Assembly: GCA_905234185.1 (NCBI GenBank)
Contig: CAJOGC010000001.1
Span: 31,765 to 95,764 of the forward strand
Reading direction: 5' to 3'
Source of the DNA: an uncultured Alphaproteobacteria bacterium
GTDB lineage: Bacteria; Pseudomonadota; Alphaproteobacteria; Rs-D84
Length of the DNA stretch: 64,000 bases
Shown here: positions 39,997 to 48,543 of the stretch, piece by piece
Layout of the letters: the number at the start of each line of letters is the position of its first letter
Numbering within the stretch: the stretch's first letter is position 1
Notes under the pieces: model-generated
The model's database searches: none
The model's input: the letters and a program-made list of their open reading frames with translations, nothing else
What the model was told of the DNA's origin: nothing
Position numbers and translations under genes: made by a program

Positions 39997-41181
39997 TTAT
40001 TTGTGTGGCGTAATAATAATTCCGACCGTCAATGCCCCAACAACCGCGGGTATAAACCATACCGCAGATGTTGCACCAAAAAATGTAATACATCCCGCCG
40101 CCAACACCGGCGTTATGAAGTTTGGCAAATAAACACTTGTCCGGAAAACACCATAAAACCGCGTCTGTTGCCCTGGTTTTACATTATCAAAGAACATCAA
40201 ATCATGCACTGGTTCCATAAACGCCCCCGAAAACTGCCACAACACAAATATGGCCAACAATGGATACCCGACCACCAGTGTCGCAGCCGCCGCAAATAAC
40301 GCAAATGACGCAAACCCCAGAATCAGCCATATGTTTTTACCATATTTTCGTACCGCACGTCCCATAACCTCGGACAATATGATGTATGGAATTATACCAA
40401 GCGTTAAAACCAACCCCAACATATCCTTGGTAAATCCGTTTTCTATAACAACAATCGGCACATACAATAAACGCACCGCCCGCAACGAATAATAGCCAAA
40501 GTTTATAAGATATGCCCGCAACATACCAGGTGCCGCAAAAAACGCCCGTGCGTTTCGCCACAACGCCCGGAAAGTCCGCCGGGGGTTAACCGGTTTGATT
40601 TCCTTGTCTGCTTGGACAATATGGAACCATTTAAAAAACAACCACGCCAGTATATATATGATTGCCGATGCCATAAATGCAGACCGATTACCATACGCGG
40701 TTGCTATTGTGACAGCAATCATTGGTGCAAATAACGCACCGATGTTAAGCCACAAATGATACCGTGCATTAATTCGTGCCATACCAACACTGCCTGCAAA
40801 ATCAGACATAAAAAGCGGAACCAACATCTGACTTAAAGTGATGGCAATCCCTGTTGTAAAATCCAGTGTGATAAATGTCCGTGGCAGAATCGAAAAACTC
40901 ATCATCGCATAACCGGCCGCCAACATTAACAGCACAAAATAGAAAACGCGCACCTTGGAAAAACGGCGAAATATTTCATTTGCGAACAACCCCACAAACA
41001 TACAAAACGCCGAATAAAGCGCGACATACAAACCGACCACCGCACTGGAACGAAAAATCTCTAAAATCACCAATGAATATACGGCATTATAAATACCATC
41101 TGCAAAACCGGTGAATATCCCCATATTTGCAAACGAAAAACCACTGGCCCGACCCAAAGAAATGTATTTATCCCCCGCCAT
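39997..41181 (-). CDS. MFS transporter
   Basis: About 12 hydrophobic helices in two halves, with G...RKYG loop motifs. Confidence 0.8.
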   Translation of the reverse strand: MAGDKYISLGRASGFSFANMGIFTGFADGIYNAVYSLVILEIFRSSAVVGLYVALYSAFCMFVGLFANEIFRRFSKVRVFYFVLLMLAAGYAMMSFSILPRTFITLDFTTGIAITLSQMLVPLFMSDFAGSVGMARINARYHLWLNIGALFAPMIAVTIATAYGNRSAFMASAIIYILAWLFFKWFHIVQADKEIKPVNPRRTFRALWRNARAFFAAPGMLRAYLINFGYYSLRAVRLLYVPIVVIENGFTKDMLGLVLTLGIIPYIILSEVMGRAVRKYGKNIWLILGFASFALFAAAATLVVGYPLLAIFVLWQFSGAFMEPVHDLMFFDNVKPGQQTRFYGVFRTSVYLPNFITPVLAAGCITFFGATSAVWFIPAVVGALTVGIIITPHK

Positions 41182-41274
41182 GTTTTATATGCATCTCTCT
41201 CCCTGTTCCACCCATTATATCATAAAAAGTTCTCGGTTGTTAGTTGTAAGTTGTGGGTTATAACTTGGCAGTAA

Positions 41275-41297
41275 AAAACGGGCGCATTGCGCCCGTA
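41275..41297 (-). terminator. Rho-independent terminator after secB
   Basis: acgggcgc-att-gcgcccgt followed by a T-run on the minus strand; flanked by short GTTGT/ACAAC repeats. Confidence 0.7.
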
Positions 41298-41317
41298 CCG
41301 ATAACTTACACCCACAA

Positions 41318-41752
41318 CTAATCACTCTTTTTCGCATTACGTTGCGCGTACAATTGTGCGAAATCAACCGGTTGCATAGTAAATGCCGGGAACCCAGATT
41401 CACTTGTCACGCGTGTAATAAGTGCACGCACCGCCGGGAAGAGCAATGTTGGCACATCAATCAACAATGTACGTTTTTTAACTTCTTCGTCCTTTTCTTC
41501 CTCCATCTGGACCAAACCGGAATACGTTGATTCAATAAGGAATATAGATTTTTCATTCGCTTCCAGTTTAGAATGCACCTTGGTAATCAAATCAACCATA
41601 AACAGGTTGTTTTCCGAACCCTTTATCTGGATATCAATATTGATTTCCAATTTAGCCTGGGTATTTTCCTGTTTAAAGAATAATTCCGGCACATTTGGAT
41701 TTTCGAATGAAAAGTCCTTTAAGAACTGAGAAATAATATTAAATTTTGCCAT
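41318..41752 (-). CDS. secB: Protein-export chaperone SecB
   Basis: QFLKDFSFENPN.P, P.LLFP..R, GFP...PVDF..LY. Confidence 0.95.
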   Translation of the reverse strand: MAKFNIISQFLKDFSFENPNVPELFFKQENTQAKLEINIDIQIKGSENNLFMVDLITKVHSKLEANEKSIFLIESTYSGLVQMEEEKDEEVKKRTLLIDVPTLLFPAVRALITRVTSESGFPAFTMQPVDFAQLYAQRNAKKSD

Positions 41753-41840
41753 CGCGATTGCTCCTTTTTTTACGCGTCAATTTATGGTATCATAGATATA
41801 GCATTTATTTTTGCATTTTACAAGTGGGGGGATGAAAAAA

Positions 41841-42935
41841 ATGAGAAAAATGATAAGTCGCTTACTTTGTATCGCGCTTTGCGGGTTTGTATTGGCGTCG
41901 TGTGATTTATCGACACCAACGCATACGGGCGACGATTCGGTGGCACCATCAAGCAACCTGAAAAAAGTATCTTATTCCGAATTACCCGGTTGGCGCGATG
42001 ACGATGTGCGCTATGCGCTCCAGGCATTCCGTAATTCTTGTAAAGCAAAGATTCAATATAAGGGGCGCGTAATTCCCGACCGTGCGTTATTCGAAGAAAA
42101 ATGTCGCACTTTGCCATCTGCATCCGCCGACACACCGACCGTTCGCGCATGGTTTGAATCTAACTTCCAGCCATATAAAATATATAATGATGACGGTTCG
42201 GATAAAGGAACATACACCGGATACTATTCGCCAATCATTCGGGGCAGTCGTGTAAAAACCGCCGAATACAACGAACCATTAATGGGGGTTCCGACCGACG
42301 GCCGCAATTACAAGGGCGTTGAAAAGAAAAAAATCGTCGAACAAAAAATTGGTCGCGTTCTGTATTGGGCAAACATTGTCGATGTCCAGAATATTCAGAT
42401 TCAGGGTTCCGGCATGCTGCAACTGGACGACGGCAAAATGGTTAAACTGAACTTTGCCGCCGTGAACGATATGCCGTTTAAATCTATTGGCGAAGAATTG
42501 CGCCGCCGTGGCATTCGTCCCGACGGTGGCTATTCCGCCGATGCTGTTTGGACCCATTTGAAAAAGAATCCGAAACTGGCACGCGATGTGATTTATAAAA
42601 ATCCACGCTATGTCTATTTCTATGAGTCGGTCCCGCCGGATGTAATCGGTAAATTGGGAACGCCACTTTCCAAAATCCGTTCCGTTGCCATGGACGACAG
42701 TATTTATACATTGGGCATGCCCGTATATATAAGCACGAACCTGTCTGACGGGCGCAAGTTCCAACGACTTATGATTGCCCAGGATACCGGTTCCGCCATC
42801 CGCGGTTGGATTCGTGCCGACATATTCTTTGGCAAGGGTGACGAAGCATATAAGTATGCACACGGTCAACATGCCAAGGGCAAAATGTTTTTACTGATGC
42901 CACGGGAATATCAATATGTCAAACCAAGTAAATAA
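41841..42935 (+). CDS. mltA: Membrane-bound lytic murein transglycosylase A
   Basis: Lipobox LASC, TGYYSP, QIQGSG, NPRYVYF, AQDTGSAI.G..R.D.F.G.G. Confidence 0.92.
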   Translation: MRKMISRLLCIALCGFVLASCDLSTPTHTGDDSVAPSSNLKKVSYSELPGWRDDDVRYALQAFRNSCKAKIQYKGRVIPDRALFEEKCRTLPSASADTPTVRAWFESNFQPYKIYNDDGSDKGTYTGYYSPIIRGSRVKTAEYNEPLMGVPTDGRNYKGVEKKKIVEQKIGRVLYWANIVDVQNIQIQGSGMLQLDDGKMVKLNFAAVNDMPFKSIGEELRRRGIRPDGGYSADAVWTHLKKNPKLARDVIYKNPRYVYFYESVPPDVIGKLGTPLSKIRSVAMDDSIYTLGMPVYISTNLSDGRKFQRLMIAQDTGSAIRGWIRADIFFGKGDEAYKYAHGQHAKGKMFLLMPREYQYVKPSK

Positions 42936-43248
42936 GAAAATGATTGAACGCACTGCGCGCCCGCATACATTGGCTGGCGCGGTTGGTGGTCTGCTTCGCA
43001 TTTTTGGTGCACGCGTGTCGGACGCGGACCTGGCGGCGCGATGGGCGGAAATTATGGGACCGGACATTGGTGGCGTATCAACACTGGCGGCGATAAAGAA
43101 AACACCCAATGGAAAATTCAATATTGCGGTTCGTCCAATGAACCCGGCGTTTGCATTACAATTATCATATCAATCCGCCGAAATAACAAAACGCGTAAAT
43201 AAATATTTTGGATACGATGCAGTGAACAAAGTGACATTCAGAAAATAG
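42916..43248 (+). CDS. DUF721/DciA family protein
   Basis: L..RW.EI.G, A..L......I..RVN.YFG...V. Confidence 0.8.
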   Translation: MSNQVNKKMIERTARPHTLAGAVGGLLRIFGARVSDADLAARWAEIMGPDIGGVSTLAAIKKTPNGKFNIAVRPMNPAFALQLSYQSAEITKRVNKYFGYDAVNKVTFRK

Positions 43249-43263
43249 TCTATATTGCAAACC

Positions 43264-43386
43264 TTGTCATTCCTGCGCAGGCAGGAATAGGGTCTTTAAA
43301 ACCGACATCTGGCGACTACGTTATCTTGGCGGGACATTCGTCCCGCGACTTCATAGTCCCTATCCCCGCCTACGCGGGGATGACAA
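43264..43386. repeat. REP-like inverted doublet (TGTCAT-tagged palindromes), non-coding
   Basis: ttgtcattcctgcgcaggcaggaataggg (43264-43292) and ccctatccccgcctacgcggggatgacaa (43358-43386) match 24/29 as inverted repeats with compensatory changes. Confidence 0.85.
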
Positions 43387-43437
43387 TTCTTTTTCCCTTT
43401 ATAATCCCCCACCCTTGTGATAAAATCAAAGGCGAAA

Positions 43438-43926
43438 ATGACACGCATATTGGGCATTGACCCGGGACTTTTGCATACTGGTTGGGCGGTAATAGATACC
43501 GCGGAGTCGAACCGCAAATATGTGGCAAGTGGCGTAATTCTGCCCAAGGCAACCGGCACCCTGCCCGAACGTTTGGCAATAATTTTCCGTGGTGTTTCCG
43601 AACTGGTTGAAACATTTTCACCAAACGAATGCAGCATTGAAATTACATTTGTTAACATGAACCCCAAGACGACACTTATTCTGGGGCATGCGCGCGCGGC
43701 GGCAATTGTTGCGGTATCAACGCACGATATTCCAATTTATGAATACGAACCGAACAAGATTAAAAAGGCATTAACCGGCGCGGGCCATGCGGACAAAAGT
43801 GCGATTGATAAAATGGTGAAAATTTTACTGCCCGCCGCACACCCCAAAACCGCGGACGAAGCGGACGCAATCGCCATCGCCCTGGCCCACAGTAATATGT
43901 CAGCACTTGAAAGGTTTATAAAGTAA
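43438..43926 (+). CDS. ruvC: Holliday junction resolvase RuvC
   Basis: ILGIDPG...TGW, IE..F, GHAR, KK..TG.G.A.K, DEADA.AIA..H. Confidence 0.96.
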   Translation: MTRILGIDPGLLHTGWAVIDTAESNRKYVASGVILPKATGTLPERLAIIFRGVSELVETFSPNECSIEITFVNMNPKTTLILGHARAAAIVAVSTHDIPIYEYEPNKIKKALTGAGHADKSAIDKMVKILLPAAHPKTADEADAIAIALAHSNMSALERFIK

Positions 43927-43938
43927 AGAAGAAATCAA

Positions 43939-44523
43939 ATGGAAAAGTTCTTTAGATTATTTAAACGCGATATAAAAACAGAACGCCTACAATTACGCAT
44001 CTTGGAACCCACACAAAAAAATGCGAAACTTGTTTGGAATGCGATTAAAAACGAAAATCCCAAAAATTTTAAATTTATATTCTGGTCACCAAAATATAAA
44101 AAGGTATTTCCGGAATCATTAGACGAAACACTGGAAACAATGAAGCAAGATGCATATGACACCGCACACAACGGTGTTGTATGGTATGTGTTTTATAATG
44201 GTAAACTGATTGGACATCATGGTATTTTTTATCATGAATCTAATAATTCTATACAAAGTGGAAATATTTGGTTTATAACCGCTGCACAAAGACATGGTTT
44301 TAATTCAGAAATTTTTAAAAACATTGAAAAAATCGCATTTGAAAAATTAAAGGCGAACAGAATCGGATACCAATGTGATATCAAGAATATCGGTTCCAAA
44401 AAATCTATTATGAAAAATGGTTTCCATCGTGACGGTCGAATTCGTGATTCCTACAAATACCCCAACGGTACATATTCTGATATGTCGATATTTACAAAAC
44501 TTGCCCGTGAATATAAACAATAA
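43939..44523 (+). CDS. GNAT N-acetyltransferase, RimJ/RimL family (paralogue of 179-742)
   Basis: IKTERL.LR, QRHG, N.GS.K...KNGF..DG. Confidence 0.85.
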   Translation: MEKFFRLFKRDIKTERLQLRILEPTQKNAKLVWNAIKNENPKNFKFIFWSPKYKKVFPESLDETLETMKQDAYDTAHNGVVWYVFYNGKLIGHHGIFYHESNNSIQSGNIWFITAAQRHGFNSEIFKNIEKIAFEKLKANRIGYQCDIKNIGSKKSIMKNGFHRDGRIRDSYKYPNGTYSDMSIFTKLAREYKQ

Positions 44524-44527
44524 TAAG

Positions 44528-45127
44528 CTATAAATTATAGTTATCTTTGCCTATCACATTAATTTTATTTTGTTGTGCAATCATATACGCTATATCAACA
44601 CGATGATATTTGTTTTGTTTAATAGCGTCCGTCATTTCTTGTTGCATGGCAAAATTATTTCCAGATTTTTTATCAACTTTACTTTTCAACGGTTCATCCA
44701 GCACATATATTTCATATCCTAATTTTTCTATCTCTTGTGCAGTATTGAATTTTTCACGTTTTACTATCTTAATCGGCTTGGTTGAATAATATTCTGTTCC
44801 ACGATCATGCACGAAATGATTATCTGGTGTTTCATACACAGAGTAAACATAAAACCACGGTGTAATATTTGGGCGCAGTTTTTCAAGAAAGATTTTTTTA
44901 CCATTCAAATGACAATGCCCATTGCCTATGCATCGATTTATCGGGAAAAATTTAGCATAATCTAAGTTTGTCGTGATAAAAACACCTGTAACAACACCAT
45001 CTTGAACATGGTTAAATTGTTCACGTGGACGCAGATAACCATCTGTAATATCCGCAACAGACCCATGATAATATTTTTTATGTATCACTTTGCTTTTTGC
45101 TCTTTTAAAAATATCTGCTATGTGCAT
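44528..45127 (-). CDS. Hypothetical protein, ADP-ribosyltransferase (Arr-like) fold candidate
   Basis: YYHGS....G.L.P, GVF.TT..DYA..F, YVY.V, EYYS..PIKI pattern. Confidence 0.5.
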   Translation of the reverse strand: MHIADIFKRAKSKVIHKKYYHGSVADITDGYLRPREQFNHVQDGVVTGVFITTNLDYAKFFPINRCIGNGHCHLNGKKIFLEKLRPNITPWFYVYSVYETPDNHFVHDRGTEYYSTKPIKIVKREKFNTAQEIEKLGYEIYVLDEPLKSKVDKKSGNNFAMQQEMTDAIKQNKYHRVDIAYMIAQQNKINVIGKDNYNL

Positions 45128-45143
45128 ATTTTCCCCGTTTTCG

Positions 45144-45192
45144 TTCAATTCGTATTATAACATATAAAATCGAAAAATGAATATATTTTGTG
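45144..45192 (-). promoter_or_regulatory. Extended -10 promoter module, copy 2
   Basis: TGtTATAAT; near-identical to 10936-10984. Confidence 0.65.
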
Positions 45193-45200
45193 CGGGGGAA

Positions 45201-45329
45201 AATCCCCTTCGGATGCCGAAGGGGTGGATTGCGAGTAAAACGAGCAAGACGGGGTAGTTTATTACAAACTGTCATCACAATTACCCCGTCGTGCTTCGCC
45301 CGCCACCCCTTCGCTAGCGAAGGGGAATT
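45201..45329. repeat. Inverted doublet of CCCCTTCG...CGAAGGGGTGG...GACGGGGTA palindromic units
   Basis: 45201-45257 versus the reverse complement of 45281-45329. Confidence 0.8.
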
Positions 45330-45330
45330 A

Positions 45331-45352
45331 AAAACCGCCCGAACGGGCGGTT
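45331..45352 (-). terminator. Rho-independent terminator after yebC
   Basis: aaccgccc-gaac-gggcggtt with a T-run on the minus strand. Confidence 0.7.
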
Positions 45353-45384
45353 CACCAATCACCTACAACTTACAACCAACAACC

Positions 45385-46101
45385 TTACGCGGCGGCGGTG
45401 AATACCTTTTGCACATCGTCGTTGTCGTTCAACGCATCGACTAACTTTTCAACCTTGGCATAGGCCTCATCGTCCAAATCCATCGGCATGTTTGGAATCC
45501 ATGTCAATTCCGCGCTTTCTGGTTCACCCAGGACATCGGCGATTGCCTTTTGCGCCGTCATAAAGTCATCTGGTTTTGTTGTTATAATGAAACCCTCTTC
45601 CGAACTTTCCAGATTATCCGCCCCCGCATCCATAACGATTTCCATCATTTCATCTTCGGTTTTACCGATTGATGCCGGATACATAATCTGACCCGCACGT
45701 GTGAACATAAATACAACCGAACCTTCTTCGCCCATGTTGCCACCGTTTTTCGCAAAGATATTACGAACCTCGGGCACTGTGCGGCGTGGGTTGTCGGTCA
45801 ATGCTTCTACGATAACAGGAACGGCACCCGGCCCATATCCTTCATAACGCACTGCAACATAGTTTTCAGTATTACCACCCGACGCTTTATCAATAGCGCG
45901 TTTAATGTTATCGTTCGGCATAGAGTTTTTACGCGCCTGTAAAATCGCCAGGCGTAAACGCGGATTGTTATCCGGATTTGGATCGCCCAACTTTGCCGCC
46001 ATTGTTATTTCGCGCGCTAATTTGGTAAACAAACCACTGCGCGCTGCATCAACCAGCCCCTTTTTGTGCTGAATGTTATGCCATTTGCTGTGCCCACTCA
46101 T
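45385..46101 (-). CDS. yebC: YebC/PmpR family regulator
   Basis: MSGHSKWHNI, NPRLR, YEGYGPG, LTDN..RT, DDVQ.V. Confidence 0.96.
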   Translation of the reverse strand: MSGHSKWHNIQHKKGLVDAARSGLFTKLAREITMAAKLGDPNPDNNPRLRLAILQARKNSMPNDNIKRAIDKASGGNTENYVAVRYEGYGPGAVPVIVEALTDNPRRTVPEVRNIFAKNGGNMGEEGSVVFMFTRAGQIMYPASIGKTEDEMMEIVMDAGADNLESSEEGFIITTKPDDFMTAQKAIADVLGEPESAELTWIPNMPMDLDDEAYAKVEKLVDALNDNDDVQKVFTAAA

Positions 46102-46151
46102 ATTTGACCTTTTGATTATTTTAGATTAAAATTACCCCAAAAGGATAACAA

Positions 46152-46727
46152 ATGATTGGAAAATTGCAAGGTATTGTTGATTATATCGGCGACGGATTTG
46201 TAATCTTGATGGCGGGCCCGGTGGGGTACAAGGTTTTTACCCCAGAAATGCTCACACCAAAGTCCACGGTCACCCTGTGGATTGAAACAATTGTGCGTGA
46301 AGATTCCATCCGGCTTTTCGGCTTCTCGACCCTTGCCGCTCAGAACCTGTTTAATCAGTTAACGACCGTTTCCGGCGTTGGGCCAAAGGTCGCGCTGGCC
46401 ATCATGGGTACTATAAAGACCGACACACTGTTGTCTGCAATCGCAACGGGCGACGCAAAAACAATCGCAACCGCCCCGGGCGTGGGTAAGAAAGTTGCAG
46501 AAAAAATCATTGTCGAATTGAAATCTAAAATCGGCGGCGGCTCAATCGATTTATCGGGCGATTCCACGGCGGGCACCCTGCCCGACTTGTTGGCGGCACT
46601 GGAAAGTTTGGGTTATCGCCGTTTGGACATTGTTGACATGGCACAAAAATTAGTTTCCGAAAATCCAGATGCAGATGTTGCACAATTGGTTCCAATCGCA
46701 CTGAAACAAATAAGCGGGAATAAATAG
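46152..46727 (+). CDS. ruvA: Holliday junction branch migration protein RuvA
   Basis: MIGKL.G, VGY, VRED...LFGF, VSGVGPK.A, PGVGKK.AE.I..ELK. Confidence 0.96.
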   Translation: MIGKLQGIVDYIGDGFVILMAGPVGYKVFTPEMLTPKSTVTLWIETIVREDSIRLFGFSTLAAQNLFNQLTTVSGVGPKVALAIMGTIKTDTLLSAIATGDAKTIATAPGVGKKVAEKIIVELKSKIGGGSIDLSGDSTAGTLPDLLAALESLGYRRLDIVDMAQKLVSENPDADVAQLVPIALKQISGNK

Positions 46728-46728
46728 C

Positions 46729-48030
46729 ATGAATAACGACACTATCTTTGCATTATCATCTGGACATGGGAAATCGGGCGTCGCGGTTATTCGCATATCT
46801 GGCGAAAACTTGTCTGACTTTGCGGAACGCATTGTTGGCAAATTTGGCATCACACCACGACATGCCTATTTTGTGAACCTTAATGATAACGCGGGCGAAC
46901 CCATTGACCAATGCATTGTCACATATTTTTCTGCGCCCCACTCTTTCACTGGCGAAGACGTTATTGAAATTGCATCGCATGGCGCACCCGCAGTTATCGA
47001 AAAAATATTCGACTTTTTATCCGCGAACAATATGCGCATGGCGCGCCCTGGTGAGTTTTCGCGTCGCGCATTTTATAACAACAAAATGGACCTAAGCGAT
47101 ATTGACGGACTGGCGGCATTGCTGGATGCGCAAACAGATGTTCAACGTAAATCGGCGTTGTCGTCCATGATGGGCCGCGACAGTAAAATATATGACGCAT
47201 GGCGTACTGACATGATTGAAATAGCCGCATACAGTGCTGCAATTCTGGACTATGATGCAGACGATTTACCGAAAAATATTGGTCAGACAATCAAAACAAA
47301 AATCAAAAAATTATATAGCGAAATAGATAAGTCATTGTCGCGCTATGCGGCGGCGCGCGCCATACGCGGCGGTTTTAATATCGCGTTGGTTGGCGAACCA
47401 AATGTTGGTAAATCATCACTGTTTAATGCAATACTGGGGTCGAACCGCGCAATTGTATCCGATATCCCCGGCACCACACGTGATGTTGTTTCTGCCAATC
47501 TGGATATTGACGGATACTTGGTAAATATTTCAGATACGGCGGGGCTGCGTAAAAACACACGGAACAAAATCGAAAAAATCGGAATCGAACGTACCGAAAA
47601 CGAAATAAAAAATGCAGACCTGATAATTCGTGTATATAGCGAAAAAGCCGGCACAGCAAAAATTGCCGACAACGAAATTGTAGTTATAAATAAATCTGAT
47701 TTATTAAAATCAAAACGTGCAAAAAATGCGATTTATGTTTCGGCAAAAACCGGTGACGGATTGAACGATTTATTGAAAATTATTCGCAAACGGTTGCATA
47801 AATTGACCGACGGGTTGGAAGACAATTTGGTCATAAACGCGCGCACAAAAACATTGTTGGAAAGCGCACACGATGAATTGAAACATGCAACCACAATACG
47901 AGGTGATAACTTTGATTTAATTTCCGAACATGTTCGCGCGGCGGCCGATAGCATTGGCAAAATCCTTGGTACCATCACCGCGAACGACGTCATGGACGCA
48001 ACATTTTCACAATTGTGTTTAGGGAAGTAG
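46729..48030 (+). CDS. mnmE: tRNA modification GTPase MnmE (TrmE)
   Basis: DTIFALSS, SFTGEDV.E...HG, GEPNVGKSSL, PGTTRD, DTAG, C-terminal FSQLCLGK. Confidence 0.97.
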   Translation: MNNDTIFALSSGHGKSGVAVIRISGENLSDFAERIVGKFGITPRHAYFVNLNDNAGEPIDQCIVTYFSAPHSFTGEDVIEIASHGAPAVIEKIFDFLSANNMRMARPGEFSRRAFYNNKMDLSDIDGLAALLDAQTDVQRKSALSSMMGRDSKIYDAWRTDMIEIAAYSAAILDYDADDLPKNIGQTIKTKIKKLYSEIDKSLSRYAAARAIRGGFNIALVGEPNVGKSSLFNAILGSNRAIVSDIPGTTRDVVSANLDIDGYLVNISDTAGLRKNTRNKIEKIGIERTENEIKNADLIIRVYSEKAGTAKIADNEIVVINKSDLLKSKRAKNAIYVSAKTGDGLNDLLKIIRKRLHKLTDGLEDNLVINARTKTLLESAHDELKHATTIRGDNFDLISEHVRAAADSIGKILGTITANDVMDATFSQLCLGK

Positions 48031-48102
48031 TTGTTAGTGGCTAGTGAAAGCGCGTCGACGGGGGAACTTGCCCTTTGTATGTGGCACAAAACTCTATTTC
48101 CG

Positions 48103-48131
48103 CGTCATCCCGGCGGATGCCGGGATCCAGT
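48103..48131 (+). repeat. CGTC-tagged palindromic REP-like unit, left copy
   Basis: cgtcatcccggcggatgccgggatccagt. Confidence 0.9.
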
Positions 48132-48147
48132 CGCCAACGGCGACTTG

Positions 48148-48465
48148 TTATTCCACACTGTAACCATAACTTTCTAGTAATCCAGAATACAAATCATGCC
48201 AATCCGGGTTTTTATCAATTATCAATTTTATTTTCCAATTACGCGGCCACTCTTTTAATTGTCTTTCTCGCTTAACCATGGTTTCCAGCAATTCATGATA
48301 TTCATAATACACCAACTTATCGCAATTGTATTTTGCAGTAAAAGATTTTGGATAGACCTTGTTCTTGTGTTCAAATACGCGCCCGATTAAATCTGATGTG
48401 GAACCGATATAAATTGTTCCCATACGTTTTGATGCCATTATATAAACATAACCACCATTTTTCAT
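48148..48465 (-). CDS. Stand-alone GIY-YIG nuclease (YhbQ-like)
   Basis: GYVYIMAS...TIYIGSTSDL..R..EH, FT.KY...KLVYYE, RERQLK.W.R.WK..LI...NP.W.DL. Confidence 0.93.
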   Translation of the reverse strand: MKNGGYVYIMASKRMGTIYIGSTSDLIGRVFEHKNKVYPKSFTAKYNCDKLVYYEYHELLETMVKRERQLKEWPRNWKIKLIIDKNPDWHDLYSGLLESYGYSVE

Positions 48466-48471
48466 AATTGA

Positions 48472-48500
48472 ATAATAACATTATTTAATTGGCATCGCAA
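48472..48500 (-). promoter_or_regulatory. Sigma70 promoter for a leaderless GIY-YIG mRNA
   Basis: TTGCGA-N17-TATTAT with extended TG; the ATG is 6 nt past the -10 hexamer; no RBS. Confidence 0.6.
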
Positions 48501-48514
48501 GTTTGCTTTCGCAA

Positions 48515-48543
48515 ACTGGATCCCGGCATCCGCCGGGATGACG
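48515..48543 (-). repeat. CGTC-tagged palindromic REP-like unit, right copy
   Basis: actggatcccggcatccgccgggatgacg is the exact reverse complement of 48103-48131. Confidence 0.9.

Noticed and set aside
43438..46727. ruvB missing beside ruvC/ruvA, and addA missing beside addB
   Set aside because: Operon scattering is common in reduced genomes, and absence cannot be judged from one window.
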